In this document: positions 12,201-22,797 of the stretch, piece by piece
Layout: every line of letters begins with the position of its first letter
How positions within the stretch are numbered: the stretch's first letter is position 1
Assembly (NCBI GenBank): GCA_000934665.2
Contig: KZ538145.1
Location: 1 to 64,000 of the forward strand
Length of the DNA: 64,000 nt
Reading direction: 5' to 3'
DNA from: Catajapyx aquilonaris
Lineage: Eukaryota
Notes under the pieces: model-generated
Seen by the model: the letters and a program-made list of their open reading frames with translations, nothing else
What the model was told of the DNA's origin: nothing
Database searches by the model: none
Made by a program: the position numbers and the translations under genes

Positions 12201-15047
12201 CGAGTCTATTGGATGAAAGCAAGCACAGCCCTTTCAGTGGGCAATAGCATGATGCCGCCACCCATTTGGAAAACCTAATTTAATTACACTATAGGCCTAT
12301 GTTTGGAATTCTGCAATATTTGGCAATTGTTACCAGTGCGTTCCATGCTGGCCGAGCGCATATAAAACATGGGGCGTATATACAACGGGGGTGGGTGGGC
12401 TGATACTCGTGCCATTCGTGTGCATGTTCCAGGCGACTGCATCCGTTGTTTTTCCTTCAGACCCAATGTTTCGGAATACTGGCTACTGTGAATCTGCCGC
12501 CATCTCTATCGCCGAACGAGCAGGAAAACGACTGCTGATCCAATAAGGGCAAATATGCAATCCCTTCCATCCCACCCTGGAATCCAATCCCAGTAATAAC
12601 TCGAAGACACTTTTCCTCCACAAAATGTACCAAAAACGAAGGAAAAAGTTGCACGAATCGCTACAAACGCACTCGAGATGATTGGTTGTCGGAAGAGCCG
12701 CCGGCATTACCGTCCCGTTACAACCGGTACGGAAAAAAAACTTGCACGGCAGGTACCCCCCCCCCCCCCCCNTTCAAATACACCTTTCCACTTTTACTTT
12801 CAGTAGGCCAAGCTCAACACGAATTGCCTTGCTCTCTACCACTTTTTTGCAGACTCCAAACCTCGCCCCCAATTAGAATTCCTTTTCTTTTGATCTTATT
12901 TCTGGGTTGAATACACCTCTCACACCTAATACCTGGAAGTAAATGTTCGTTTGGAAATTTTTATATTTAAAAAAAATGCATATTTTCACATATTAAATGT
13001 CTCAAGGCCAGTGTGTGAGACATATCATGCCTGAATTCACCACCTGGGGGGGTTCAACCTTTATACGTCTCCTGGAAGGTGAAAAAAGGCGTGAATGCAA
13101 AAGAGCTGGCAGAGAGAACATGGCAGCATCGGAGGCTGAATGAAAGTGGCAGTTGGGCCTAAGCGGATTCCGACTCACTTGGGGAAAAGCATTGGCGGCA
13201 GCCCGGGAGGAAAATCTGCACAGGCAGTTGGCAAGACACCCCCCCCACCCCCCCCACCCCCCATCTTAGCAAAGAGCCTTCAATTCAGACGCTGCCGACT
13301 CTTGCCACCTTGTGTTACACACCCCCGCTTAATATATCCAGAAAATCCTCAGGAGTAAAATCGGTCTTTGTGGTGCCCGCTCCGGAAAAGAAGAAGGAGA
13401 AAAAAAAAACTGGGTCGGAAATGTACAAAAAAGATTGTGCCGAGGTTTTTCCCGTGGGTGCAACAAGATATTAATTTGACGGCGTGTGATGGAGCCAGTG
13501 ATTCCAAGCGGAAGGTGAATCTGGGAGCCTTCCATCTCCAACCAAGCCAGTCCAATTCCAGGCCCCTAACAAGTAAACCGATGTGCAATTTGGCATAACA
13601 AGCAACCCAGAGAGGGAGCAGTGAATAAGCCCTCTTAGTCCCGGTTTTCCGCCGGGTCCCAGCGATTCATCTCCACCGGCGCGATAAGGATCCCCCATTC
13701 CCTAACACCGCTTTGGCACAATGTTCCTCCAGCGGCACAAGCTACGGCACAAACCCCTACAGAAAAAAAAAATCGCGATTATTCATTTTCTCTTATCTTC
13801 CTGAGGATGACCCCTAATCAAATCGGCCGACTCATTTCTGGTCAAATGATCTGCAATGTAATCAACGTCTCGGTAATCATTACCCCAGCCCTTTTGCTCA
13901 GCTTCCCTGCCAGTAGTAATTATTCTCGGAGCTAACGTAGCGAACCCTGGCCAAATGATTGGAACATTAAAAATATAATAAAATCCAGACTAGCAGCCAT
14001 GCGCAAAATTAAGTTTGGATCAAAAAAATGCTGGCGGGGAGAGGGAAGGTTGGGGTCCAAAAAGTGTATAACTGGCCGCGTTCAACAAGTGAATTATTAG
14101 TCGCCCAGGTGAAGAGCACTCATCTCCAATCTTCCGGATGCACAAGCCTAATGAACAGAGGCCCGGAATTATTCTCCGGCGAAGCTTGCACACTTACATT
14201 ATGGCACCCACACACCCTTGCCATTAAATTTTAATTAAAACAGCTTTTCATATCAAAATGTCATTAATTACAAAATTAAGGTCATAAAACCCTCTTTCCG
14301 AGAAACCTTTCGACAAAGGCAACGAAGCAGGTATGCAGTAATTGGTGTAATTTGGATCCGGGCAGGTGCCCTGCTTGCTGCAGCATCTAGACCAGGGTTG
14401 GATAGAGGGCTGGCGTGTATAATACACGACAATGGCAATAACAATGCAGGCATGATGCTCATCAGTGCGGCTCGCACCCAGACCGATGCGTATGTGAGCC
14501 ACACCACATGCATGGATGACCAGGAGGGGAAATGAACACGGACCTGTTGCACCGGAATCAATGACACATTACGTATGATAGAGTACATCCACACGTTACA
14601 TTCATAATTGTTTGCAATTATATTGCAGTCAGAGTTAAGCTTCCAAGGCTGCTGCGTCCCATTGTCGACAATTAGCGGCCCACATGTGCAGTGTGCCGTA
14701 TGCTAACGCCTCATTTTTCAAGCTTACCTGGACGGGTCGGAATCTAGGGAACGCCTATTCAGTTTGGCCATCCGAGAATAAAACGAGCATTTTATGTGCT
14801 CACTAAGGGCCGGTTGCATCAACTAGGTAAACCCAGAACAAGTGACTGATCCGTGTTATTCATACAGGATTAATTACGTGTTCAGTATTTGCCATCCTTG
14901 ATGCAACCCAGCGTAAACCATTTTTAACATGTCTTCTCGAGCCCAAATTATCTCCAAAATATGCATCTGTCTGTACTAACAATTTAAATAAATCATTTTT
15001 AAATATCAGATCAGATGTCGGTGTATCTAAACATATAGCCATAGTTA

Positions 15048-15216
15048 CGATCACGGTCTTAGAAGGAGAGGTCGGGAAACTCGCCGCCATTTTGCGTTCC
15101 GTTACTCATTCCCGCCGTGGCGCTGACTGGAGGTGGCCATGATGTGACCTGGATCGTGAACATCTCCATATTGCGGCCATCTTGGTATACGCTATCGGTA
15201 GCTAAGACCGTGATCG
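15048..15216. mobile_element. Small inverted-repeat element (possible MITE remnant)
   Basis: A perfect 15-bp inverted repeat, CGATCACGGTCTTAG (15048-15062) / CTAAGACCGTGATCG (15202-15216), encloses GCCGCCATTTT and GCGGCCATCTT motifs. There is no clear TSD. Confidence 0.45.
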
Positions 15217-15217
15217 G

Positions 15218-15271
15218 TAGTAATCGGGAGGGGGGTCGCTGATAAACCTAGTAATCGGGAGGAGGGTCGCT
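15218..15271 (+). repeat. Direct repeat, 2 x 23 bp (period 31)
   Basis: TAGTAATCGGGAGGGGGGTCGCT (15218-15240) and TAGTAATCGGGAGGAGGGTCGCT (15249-15271) are 22/23 identical. Confidence 0.85.
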
Positions 15272-17109
15272 ATCGTCGCTATAGTTGTTATGGCGAATGA
15301 ACGACACGCACAGCGAGATTCCATTGTTTTACTAGCGCCGCTGCGGGAAGGAATAACGGATCGGCCTTTTCTATTGCGCTGGGATAGAAGTGTCCATGGG
15401 CTGGTTACGATCAAAAACTTCCTGCTGACTACCATGGACTTCGATACATGCTATCTCGTAACGGACTTCTTGGGATCATGCGCCTGATACCATCACCATG
15501 TGGAATTTAAAACCTAAATAAGAAACGTAATCTAAGACTGTCACTCTAAAATTCTTATCCATCATGAGACACCTTCTTCCAACCACATAGTGATAACACT
15601 GAGTCATCACAATTCCATCAAGAGCCGAAACTGACTCACTTGAAAATCGGATTTTTCACGACGAATGAAGCATTTCATGGACCAAGACATATCTGTTACA
15701 CATGACAAAATCCATGCCTGGACTTTGTTCAGGGCTGCAAACTGCATAATATACACAGCCTAGATTGCAGTTTAATTTTTCCTTTAGTGCACCATGTGTC
15801 CACATGTGTGAATAACGTTACCTTCTTGAAAAGTAAACCTCATTATCTTTCGCAATGCACTATTGTGCAGTATATTAGGGGCGATGTACGTTATACAGTA
15901 TATTAACTGCTGCAGCATATAGCCCCCGGAATTTATATGTAACTCCTCCCTATCTTTTTCAATATTTCATGCACCTACTACAAGCTATCGAGTCAGTTAC
16001 TTTCCTGCTCAATCTATAAAAATTTCAAGGGCTACTTAGCCTCCGACGGTGCGGGTCAACACACTTAAAGGTGAGCTGACAGACCCCCCCTATACATACT
16101 GACATGCACGATGCACTCGTGGGGAATAAATAAATCGTGACCCACAAAAACTGATGACCTTACTCCTAACCACTTACTACACCCTATAGTGTAAGGCCAT
16201 CCCAGAAAATACATCGACACCCCGGACAGTTGACTACTTGAGACACAATGGCGCCCACGGAACATTTGAGAGCTACGTAACGCTTTTGCTTATACTGCCT
16301 CAAGTGTCGATAAGTATGTCACCTTCGTGCCACAGAAGCTCGTCCATCAAGAAATATTGTCGATAAGTCGAGGCTGGGAGAGCCCAAGGTGGTTCGAATT
16401 ACGCCTTCAGCTACAGGCTCATGCGAGTGAGTCAGCCCAATGGCAGCAGCATATGGCTTGTGTCAGGTTTAAATCAATGGTAGGAAGCCCACTCTTGTGA
16501 TTGTCTCCAAGTTAAGTGCAGGCTGCCCACAATACCCTGGATAAGATAAAGCCTGCAGCATCTGGACATCCCGACCGAACATGCAAAATTGAATAGGGCC
16601 GTCTGTTTACCACAAGATTTGTCCACCGCACTTCCAAGAAAATTGCATCCAATTTACCCTCCAGCCTCAGTTGACCCAAGCCCCCTCTCAAAAAATTGTC
16701 AAAAAAAGATGATTGCGCCCATAAAGAGCGGTGGGTCCAATTAACAATGATTCTCCGTCGTTGCCATCCGACAGCTTTAATTGGCAATATTGCCTACCGC
16801 TGCACTATACACACTAGTGTGCTTTCCAAGCTCAGGCAGGTGGTCCGGGTAAACAACCGGGAATTTTGTTTATCCCCTGTCTCTCTTTTCCCCCTCCTCT
16901 CCCTACCCTACCCTACCCCCAGCTCCCTGCTGAAATTAGCCGCGCGTCCGCAACTACAGCCCTCTTATGACTTTGCTCCATGCAAATAGGGATGAACTCA
17001 GCCACTTCCCCCACCAAATATTTAGTATCCCCCGCCTACAGTCTGACCTGGCTATTACTCTTCCCATTGTGGAATCTCCAGATATACCCAACCGCTCCCT
17101 TCCCCCTGC

Positions 17110-17149
17110 AACGAACGAACGAACGAACGAACGAACGAACGAACGAACG
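17110..17149 (+). repeat. Microsatellite (AACG)10
   Basis: Perfect tetranucleotide array. Confidence 0.97.
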
Positions 17150-19820
17150 CCTAGAACTTGCTAGAACGTAGTTCATGTTTCCAATAGGACTCAAATAAGA
17201 TTCAGGCTTCTAATGATGGCTGGAAATTCTACTCTCTTCCCATTATTGGAACAATGGCATATACTATCCCCCCAAAAAATCAGCACCGGTTTTTGAAGGC
17301 GGTTCGTTTTTTTACTATATACTGATGCGGTGGCGGTCAAAGGCAGGGGTAAGAAACCGAAAGAGAAATATCGGCTGTGAATTCCTAAATTGACTCCAAA
17401 TGGCGTCCATAATGTGTGCCCGGGGCGATATATCTCAAGTCTGGCTTGAGTGCAGGCCCCAGTCTGAAGGGGCCGGACACTTTTTGGAACCACATGGATC
17501 CTGCCCCCGAAAAAGCAATTTGGCACTGCCTAGCCAAGAAAACCCCCTCTTCCTTCATCTAATGAATATGCCCCTTTCTTATAGGGGCTAGTCTGGAAAG
17601 GGGGAAGAAAATCGGCCGCATCTATTTTGGGCAGAGGCCAGTACACTTGTGAGGATTCTTTTCCGGACAGTGTGTGTCATAAATCTAGTGGAGATTCCAA
17701 CCTCTCTCAGATTTACAAGTTCATAAGTGGGCCCTTTGCGCGCAAATGTGTCAACGCGTGCACACACTGTTTCTTGCGTATCCTCTGGAATTGCAATTTG
17801 CAGCCAAGCCGGCCTGTAAATCAGCCTGTTCTTCCCTAATGGCCAGCCCTAGCTGCTAAGGGATATTCGGGTGTCCCCTGTACCAGGGTTGACAGGCACG
17901 AATGCAATTTGCCCGTGTTTAATGTACATCAACATTCGTCATCACCTGTTCCGCCTCTGAGAGCATAGCCGCGTTCACATTTATTACTTTTTTTTTGGGG
18001 GGGGGGGGTACCCGGAGTGTGGGTGGCCCGGGGGCTGGGTGTAATCTACGACCTGTTACTTATGGCGGGCAGACATTGTGCCATTGTAATGACCACAGGT
18101 CACCGGGGAATGCTCGCCCCTGTTACGGTGAGTCTACTTTCATGATGTGCAGTTGCAAACGCCGCCTATTAATAGGGCTCTGCGTACTTTGCACTAAANC
18201 CTTCTCTGCTATGTGTATGCCCCCCCATGCTGCATTCTAAACGAGGTGTTCAGTATCATTTCCTGAATATATCCCAGAGGTTGGATGACACATCTTCCAA
18301 GTTGTTTCACATCAAAAGTGCCGGCACAGGGTGGTCAAACTTTGCCAATATTAAAATACATTGGATATATTTGGACATAGGCGGAGTTAGGGATACCATA
18401 AAGTACAGTATGTGACGCTTTTGGCCCACAAAATGATTTGGTTGTATACAATATGATAATTTTGGGGCAAGCTGTTCTAAGCAGTGCAACCTGGTTTTGC
18501 GAAAATAGTTTCAGCTATATCGGACGGAACTAAACTATCTATAGAGTAAACAAGTGCCTGCACTTTTTGAACGCCGAATTTGTGTCGGCAACGGTAAGTG
18601 ATGACCAATAGCCGCTTACTGTTTACTGTAACCTTTATAAAATGGTTTGTTGCAAAATTCTGGTTGGAGCGTGCTTCAAATGGATCATCATATATGAGCA
18701 TCCATAGACTATAGGTTTCAGTTAATAATATGACCTCACTTCTAGACGGTTCCTTTCGTAGCCATTTGAGGAAAAAAATGCAACTTGGCTATTTTCAAGG
18801 CCCGACTTCCCCAACGCAGAAAACCGAGTTTCCTTTTTTCATCTAATACTATTAGGAACAAGTCCCATCACACTAAAAACTATCGTCTGACGCAGCAAAA
18901 TCTATCCACTTTTGTAGAAACTGGCTTGATCTACCAGAACCTCTAACGACACCTATAAAAATATGAAGACTTTTCATTCAACCTCACCGCAACTACAACT
19001 TTGAGCATGACATTACGATCCTGGACTAGTAAATGGCCTAACCAGTCAGACACCCCCTAACATGAGCCCAGCCAAACGTAGGTCCAATGATCCCCCGGTG
19101 ACATTATGGGTCACCTTGTATATAGCAGCGGAACGGCAACCACACTGCATGCAGCAGCTCCGCTCCATCCCCTTCCTTCCTTCCAATTGACATTCATGGC
19201 GTTCGCACTGCCCACCCGAACTCCATTAAATTTAATGACGCGGGAAAGCAGTTTCGACAGCTGCCCCTTGCCGAGGCAGGGGACGGGGGAGGAGAGGGAG
19301 GTTGCGGGTAGACAGCCAACCCGCCATGTACAGCACTGCGTGTGTTTCCTATATGGCGCCTCAACGTGCCCTGACTTACGACTATCCAATCACCCCATTC
19401 ACACAGTCATACTCACCTTAATGTAATTCGAAACATAGCAAAATTATCGCCATTGCTATACAATAATATGATTACACCCCGACTCTGAATACAAGGGGGG
19501 CGGAGACACCCCCCCCCCCCNNNNNNNCCCCCCCCCCCTTCCTAGAGCTCTTCCTTGCAAACGCCTGATTAGAGACAATGCAAGATTCGTTTTGTTGGAG
19601 ATAAGGTTACTGTAATCAGATTGCATTCTCTTTTGTGCGAGTCACTGAACGGGGCGCCACATCTACGCTCACCAACAATGTTACTTCCACTCACCCTCTC
19701 CCTTATCCCCAGATGCAGTAATAGCATTTGCAATATCCTATTGGGGACTACAAAATGCGCCTTTTCCTAAATTAGGCTCGACTAAAGTCCGGAGCAGCCC
19801 TTATGCATCACATCCATTAA

Positions 19821-19999
19821 AGCGGCGTTTACATGTGAGCGATTTGATGGCGCGATGAAATCGCCGAGCGATAACAACGCTGAGTAACCAGTATTATATT
19901 ATATTATATTATATATTTATTTAAACCCTTAAAACCTCAAACAATATTGGTTACGTCGCTCCGCTTCGCTCGTCAAATCGCTCATATGTAAACGCACCT
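19821..19999. mobile_element. PIF/Harbinger (Tourist-like) MITE, 179 bp
   Basis: The ends read TAA|AGCGGCGTTTACATGTGAGCGATTTGA and TCAAATCGCTCATATGTAAACGCACCT|TAA, with a 3-bp TAA TSD. An inner inverted repeat GTAACCAGTATT/AATATTGGTTAC surrounds an (ATATT)n core. Confidence 0.8.
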
Positions 20000-20684
20000 T
20001 AATTCACCTCCGTCATGTCGTGCCGATATAAAATTTGGGGAGCCAGCATACGCCATCTACATATTTCATTCCCAACGTTGTCTCAGTGTGTCGCATTTGC
20101 CAGCATTTCAGCTTGTACTGTATGTCGCATAATTATGGCAATAGGTGTTTTTAAAAATCAATCAAATAATTTTATTAAAATAATTAATACAAAAATATAT
20201 GTGGATATAATATAAATAAATGCATAAATACAAAATATAAACAAATAAAAATAATTAAAATGAAACATATCGACAATACTTCAACACGTTACTTCGAACA
20301 CAAGTTTCCACCGACCCATTTCCCGTCACCACAATTCCACCTTGCCATACCACTCACTCAACAATGCGGCTGCCCTTTACGTATCGCCACACGCGACCAA
20401 AGCAAGGAAAATCCTTTCCTTTCGGCTTCACATGTCAACCCGGAGTAGGCCGCAGGCTTGCTTACTCTTCCCAGCCCCCGAACTAAACCCGTGTCAAGCC
20501 TACCGTACACTGCACAAATTATCAGATTTTCCTCCGACCTGAGCCTCGACACCTAAGCCACGTAACCACCCCGCAAAACTCGCCAACCACACTCATCCAC
20601 ATACATTTGCATTGTCGCCTCAGCAAACAAAGCCTAAAATTGTTACAGAAAAAAAAGTCTGATTGTTGGGGAAAAAAGGGTCTG

Positions 20685-20698
20685 CCTCTAGGGGGCAG
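20685..20698 (+). promoter_or_regulatory. CTCF-like motif
   Basis: CCTCTAGGGGGCAG has one mismatch to the consensus CCASYAGRKGGCRS. This is a motif match only. Confidence 0.3.
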
Positions 20699-21906
20699 TT
20701 TGGGACGTTTTGAAACCGCGAACGAAGTGGAGACAGCCGCTCCATAAATCTTCCTGGGCAACCTAGAACACTAATTCATGCGCAGACAATTAGTATTTGG
20801 TGGCGCAGTCCTAGGTAACACGGGCACAACTTTCCCAATTAAGTCTGGAAGGATAGGACTCAGATTTCCTCTTACTTAAAAACCGGTCGTCCGTAATTGC
20901 ACTCAACCCAAACGTCAGCTTGTTAAAAGATTATTAACGATTCTTTTCTCGAAAAAAAAATTTCCTTCCAAATTATACTGTATAGAGTTTTAATGGGGCT
21001 TCTCTTGCAAATTGTCTGCAGCCACAGTTCGCTTATCTGTACGGAGTTTGAACCCAGGTTATCTGTGGGCAAACACACCTGCTTTGGATACCTGATAACG
21101 AACACTTCACCTTTCTGTCGTTTCACCACCACCCAAAATTCCGGCCAAAGGTCCTACCTACGTGCGACACTACAGACCTTGAGAAGTCGTAACACCCAGG
21201 CTCAAAGACCCCGTTTCCAAAAATACAGTGTCGACCGAGAATCTTTTTTTGGTTCACCTTCCTCCAGCCTGCAAAGGCATCGTTTCGCATATCTAGCAAA
21301 ATGCACGCTAATAAAACGGGTGTCACGTGTCCGGCTCTAACTATTATATGCGTCAGGCCAATGCTTGATTAACCGTTTTTCACTTCCGCCACCGGAGCAA
21401 GGTCGGCCCCAGAATAGTCAACAATGTTTTACCAAATGCCTTCAATTTTCTCGACCTTCACCCCAAAAAAGTAGGGTCATGCGTCATACGGGCTCGGATT
21501 TGCGGCCAACAATTGCAGGGCAGGTGTGTAGATAATGAGCCTTATATGACTGCTGTGCGAACCACATGTCTAACTGCGCAATCCAAGGTATGTCGAGGTC
21601 TCATATTCCAGAAATCTGATTGACAATAGGGTTGCGACAAGTGTATACACGAGACCTTGAGCATGTGACACAATTGGGAAGGCTGCAGGAGGAGTATGAA
21701 CCCAGGCTCTTCTTATCTCCCCTCTAGAGTTTATATCGCTGAACTTTGACACTAGAGTGCTTCAAGGTCTGCCTGATGGTTACAAACACGGGGGGTAGAG
21801 GCAGGGCCGGTTTTGAACTTGAAAACTGCACAGGTACATCCACCCTTGACAAATCGGGCCCGGATCCAAAAGCACGTGCCAGCCAAAATAGTTGTGTGCG
21901 CCGATG

Positions 21907-21912
21907 ACTTAC
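21907..21912 (-). other. 5' splice site (GTAAGT) ending the CELF exon; starts an intron longer than 21.9 kb
   Basis: Forward acttac at 21907-21912 reads GTAAGT on the minus strand, directly after ...CCC ATC AA. I found no exon encoding IKMFVGQ or GCCFV between 1 and 21900. Confidence 0.85.
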
Positions 21913-22214
21913 TTGATGGGACTGAGAGGCCCGGTCTCAGCGTCGCTGCTGCTGCTCTGACTATCGTTGGGACTAGCGGAGCGGACATCGCAGCTGTTGT
22001 CTGCCCCGTTGTTCAAGGGCGGGCTATTGTTGTTATTCTGGTGATGATGATGATGATGTTGGTGTTGGTGGTGATGCAGCGTCGGGTAGTGGTTGTTCCG
22101 GTTCTTCGCCGTGGCCAACTTGGACGGCGAGCCGGTGGTCGTCGCGACACTGTCCCCACCAGGAGAGATCTTCCCAGCCAGCGCGTTTAGAGAGTTCAGC
22201 ATCTTCAGGCTCAT
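21913..22214 (-). CDS. bru1: First coding exon (N-terminal low-complexity region, 100 codons + 2 nt) of a CELF1/2-family RNA-binding protein (Bruno/arrest ortholog); the RRM exons lie outside the window
   Basis: The ORF reads MSLKMLNSLNALAGKISP...HHHQHQHHHHHHQNNNN...ETGPLSPIK, and the ATG is in an ACAATG context. The frame ends exactly at a consensus donor (ATC AA|GTAAGT, phase 2). MLNSLNALAGKISP matches my recollection of arthropod CELF1/2/Bruno N-termini, where ...KEQPDxDxIKMFVGQ (RRM1) follows. The family assignment is from memory, not from a search. Confidence 0.75.
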
Positions 22215-22467
22215 TGTCCGTCCCAGATGCCCCCTAACTGTACGAGTAGGACACTGCGGGTAACACTGTCAAGGGGCCAGCACGTGCGGCCTGAGAACCG
22301 ATCGGCTGTGCAGCCAAACGCAGTCTGCCGGCCCCCCACTACTGGCCATCCGCCCCTTGGCACACCCCCCTATCAGTTTGCACTTTGCCCCGCAACCAAA
22401 CACGTCATATACTCCTCATACACGCACTTCCACTACAAGAAGGTTCCAACTTGCAGTCAGCAAAAGC

Positions 22468-22495
22468 CTGCGGGGGAGGAAGGACAACAAGTCAG
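22468..22495 (-). other. Branch point and 3' splice site upstream of the CELF start codon (defines exon 21913-22467 with about 253 nt of 5' UTR)
   Basis: The minus strand reads CTGACTTGTTGTCCTTCCTCCCCCGCAG|GC. It has a CTGAC branch motif (A at -25), a pyrimidine tract and CAG, with no intervening AG. Confidence 0.65.
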
Positions 22496-22762
22496 CGCAG
22501 TTCGGTACACACTACTGGCAGGCAAGCAGGCACACACAAGCTGCTCTAGAGGCGGAGAAACAGGCCACAGCACCATGCAGCTTTCTCGACTCCTCTAGCT
22601 AGACACATGTGCACGCGACCTCGCTTCCAGCCCGACTGACGAGAAGCACCAGCTTCCAAAACCAGGAACGGCCAGGGAGACGGGGGATTGGGAATGGGGG
22701 AGACCCGCCCGCCCCGCCGCAGCGCCAAGCCAGCAGCGCCGCGACACTCCCCAGTCCTCCAT

Positions 22763-22797
22763 CACATACATACACACACACACGACACACACGCACA
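22763..22797 (-). repeat. UG/UGUA-rich simple repeat upstream of the CELF exon acceptor
   Basis: The minus strand reads TGTGCGTGTGTGTCGTGTGTGTGTGTATGTATGTG. Confidence 0.8.

Noticed and set aside
14722..14745. Minus-strand CAG|GTAAGC as another ratchet point
   Set aside because: The pyrimidine tract is interrupted, there is an AG at about -17 and no clear branch motif.
19411..19419. Strong orphan donor AAG|GTGAGT (minus strand)
   Set aside because: I found no convincing acceptor or CELF-like reading frame upstream.
21909..21912. TAA stop ending the 101-aa ORF as a stand-alone gene
   Set aside because: The stop lies inside the GTAAGT donor, so it is better explained as intron sequence.
21813..22190. 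Plus-strand ORF with poly-Met/Val
   Set aside because: It is the antisense shadow of the His/Asn codons in the CELF exon.
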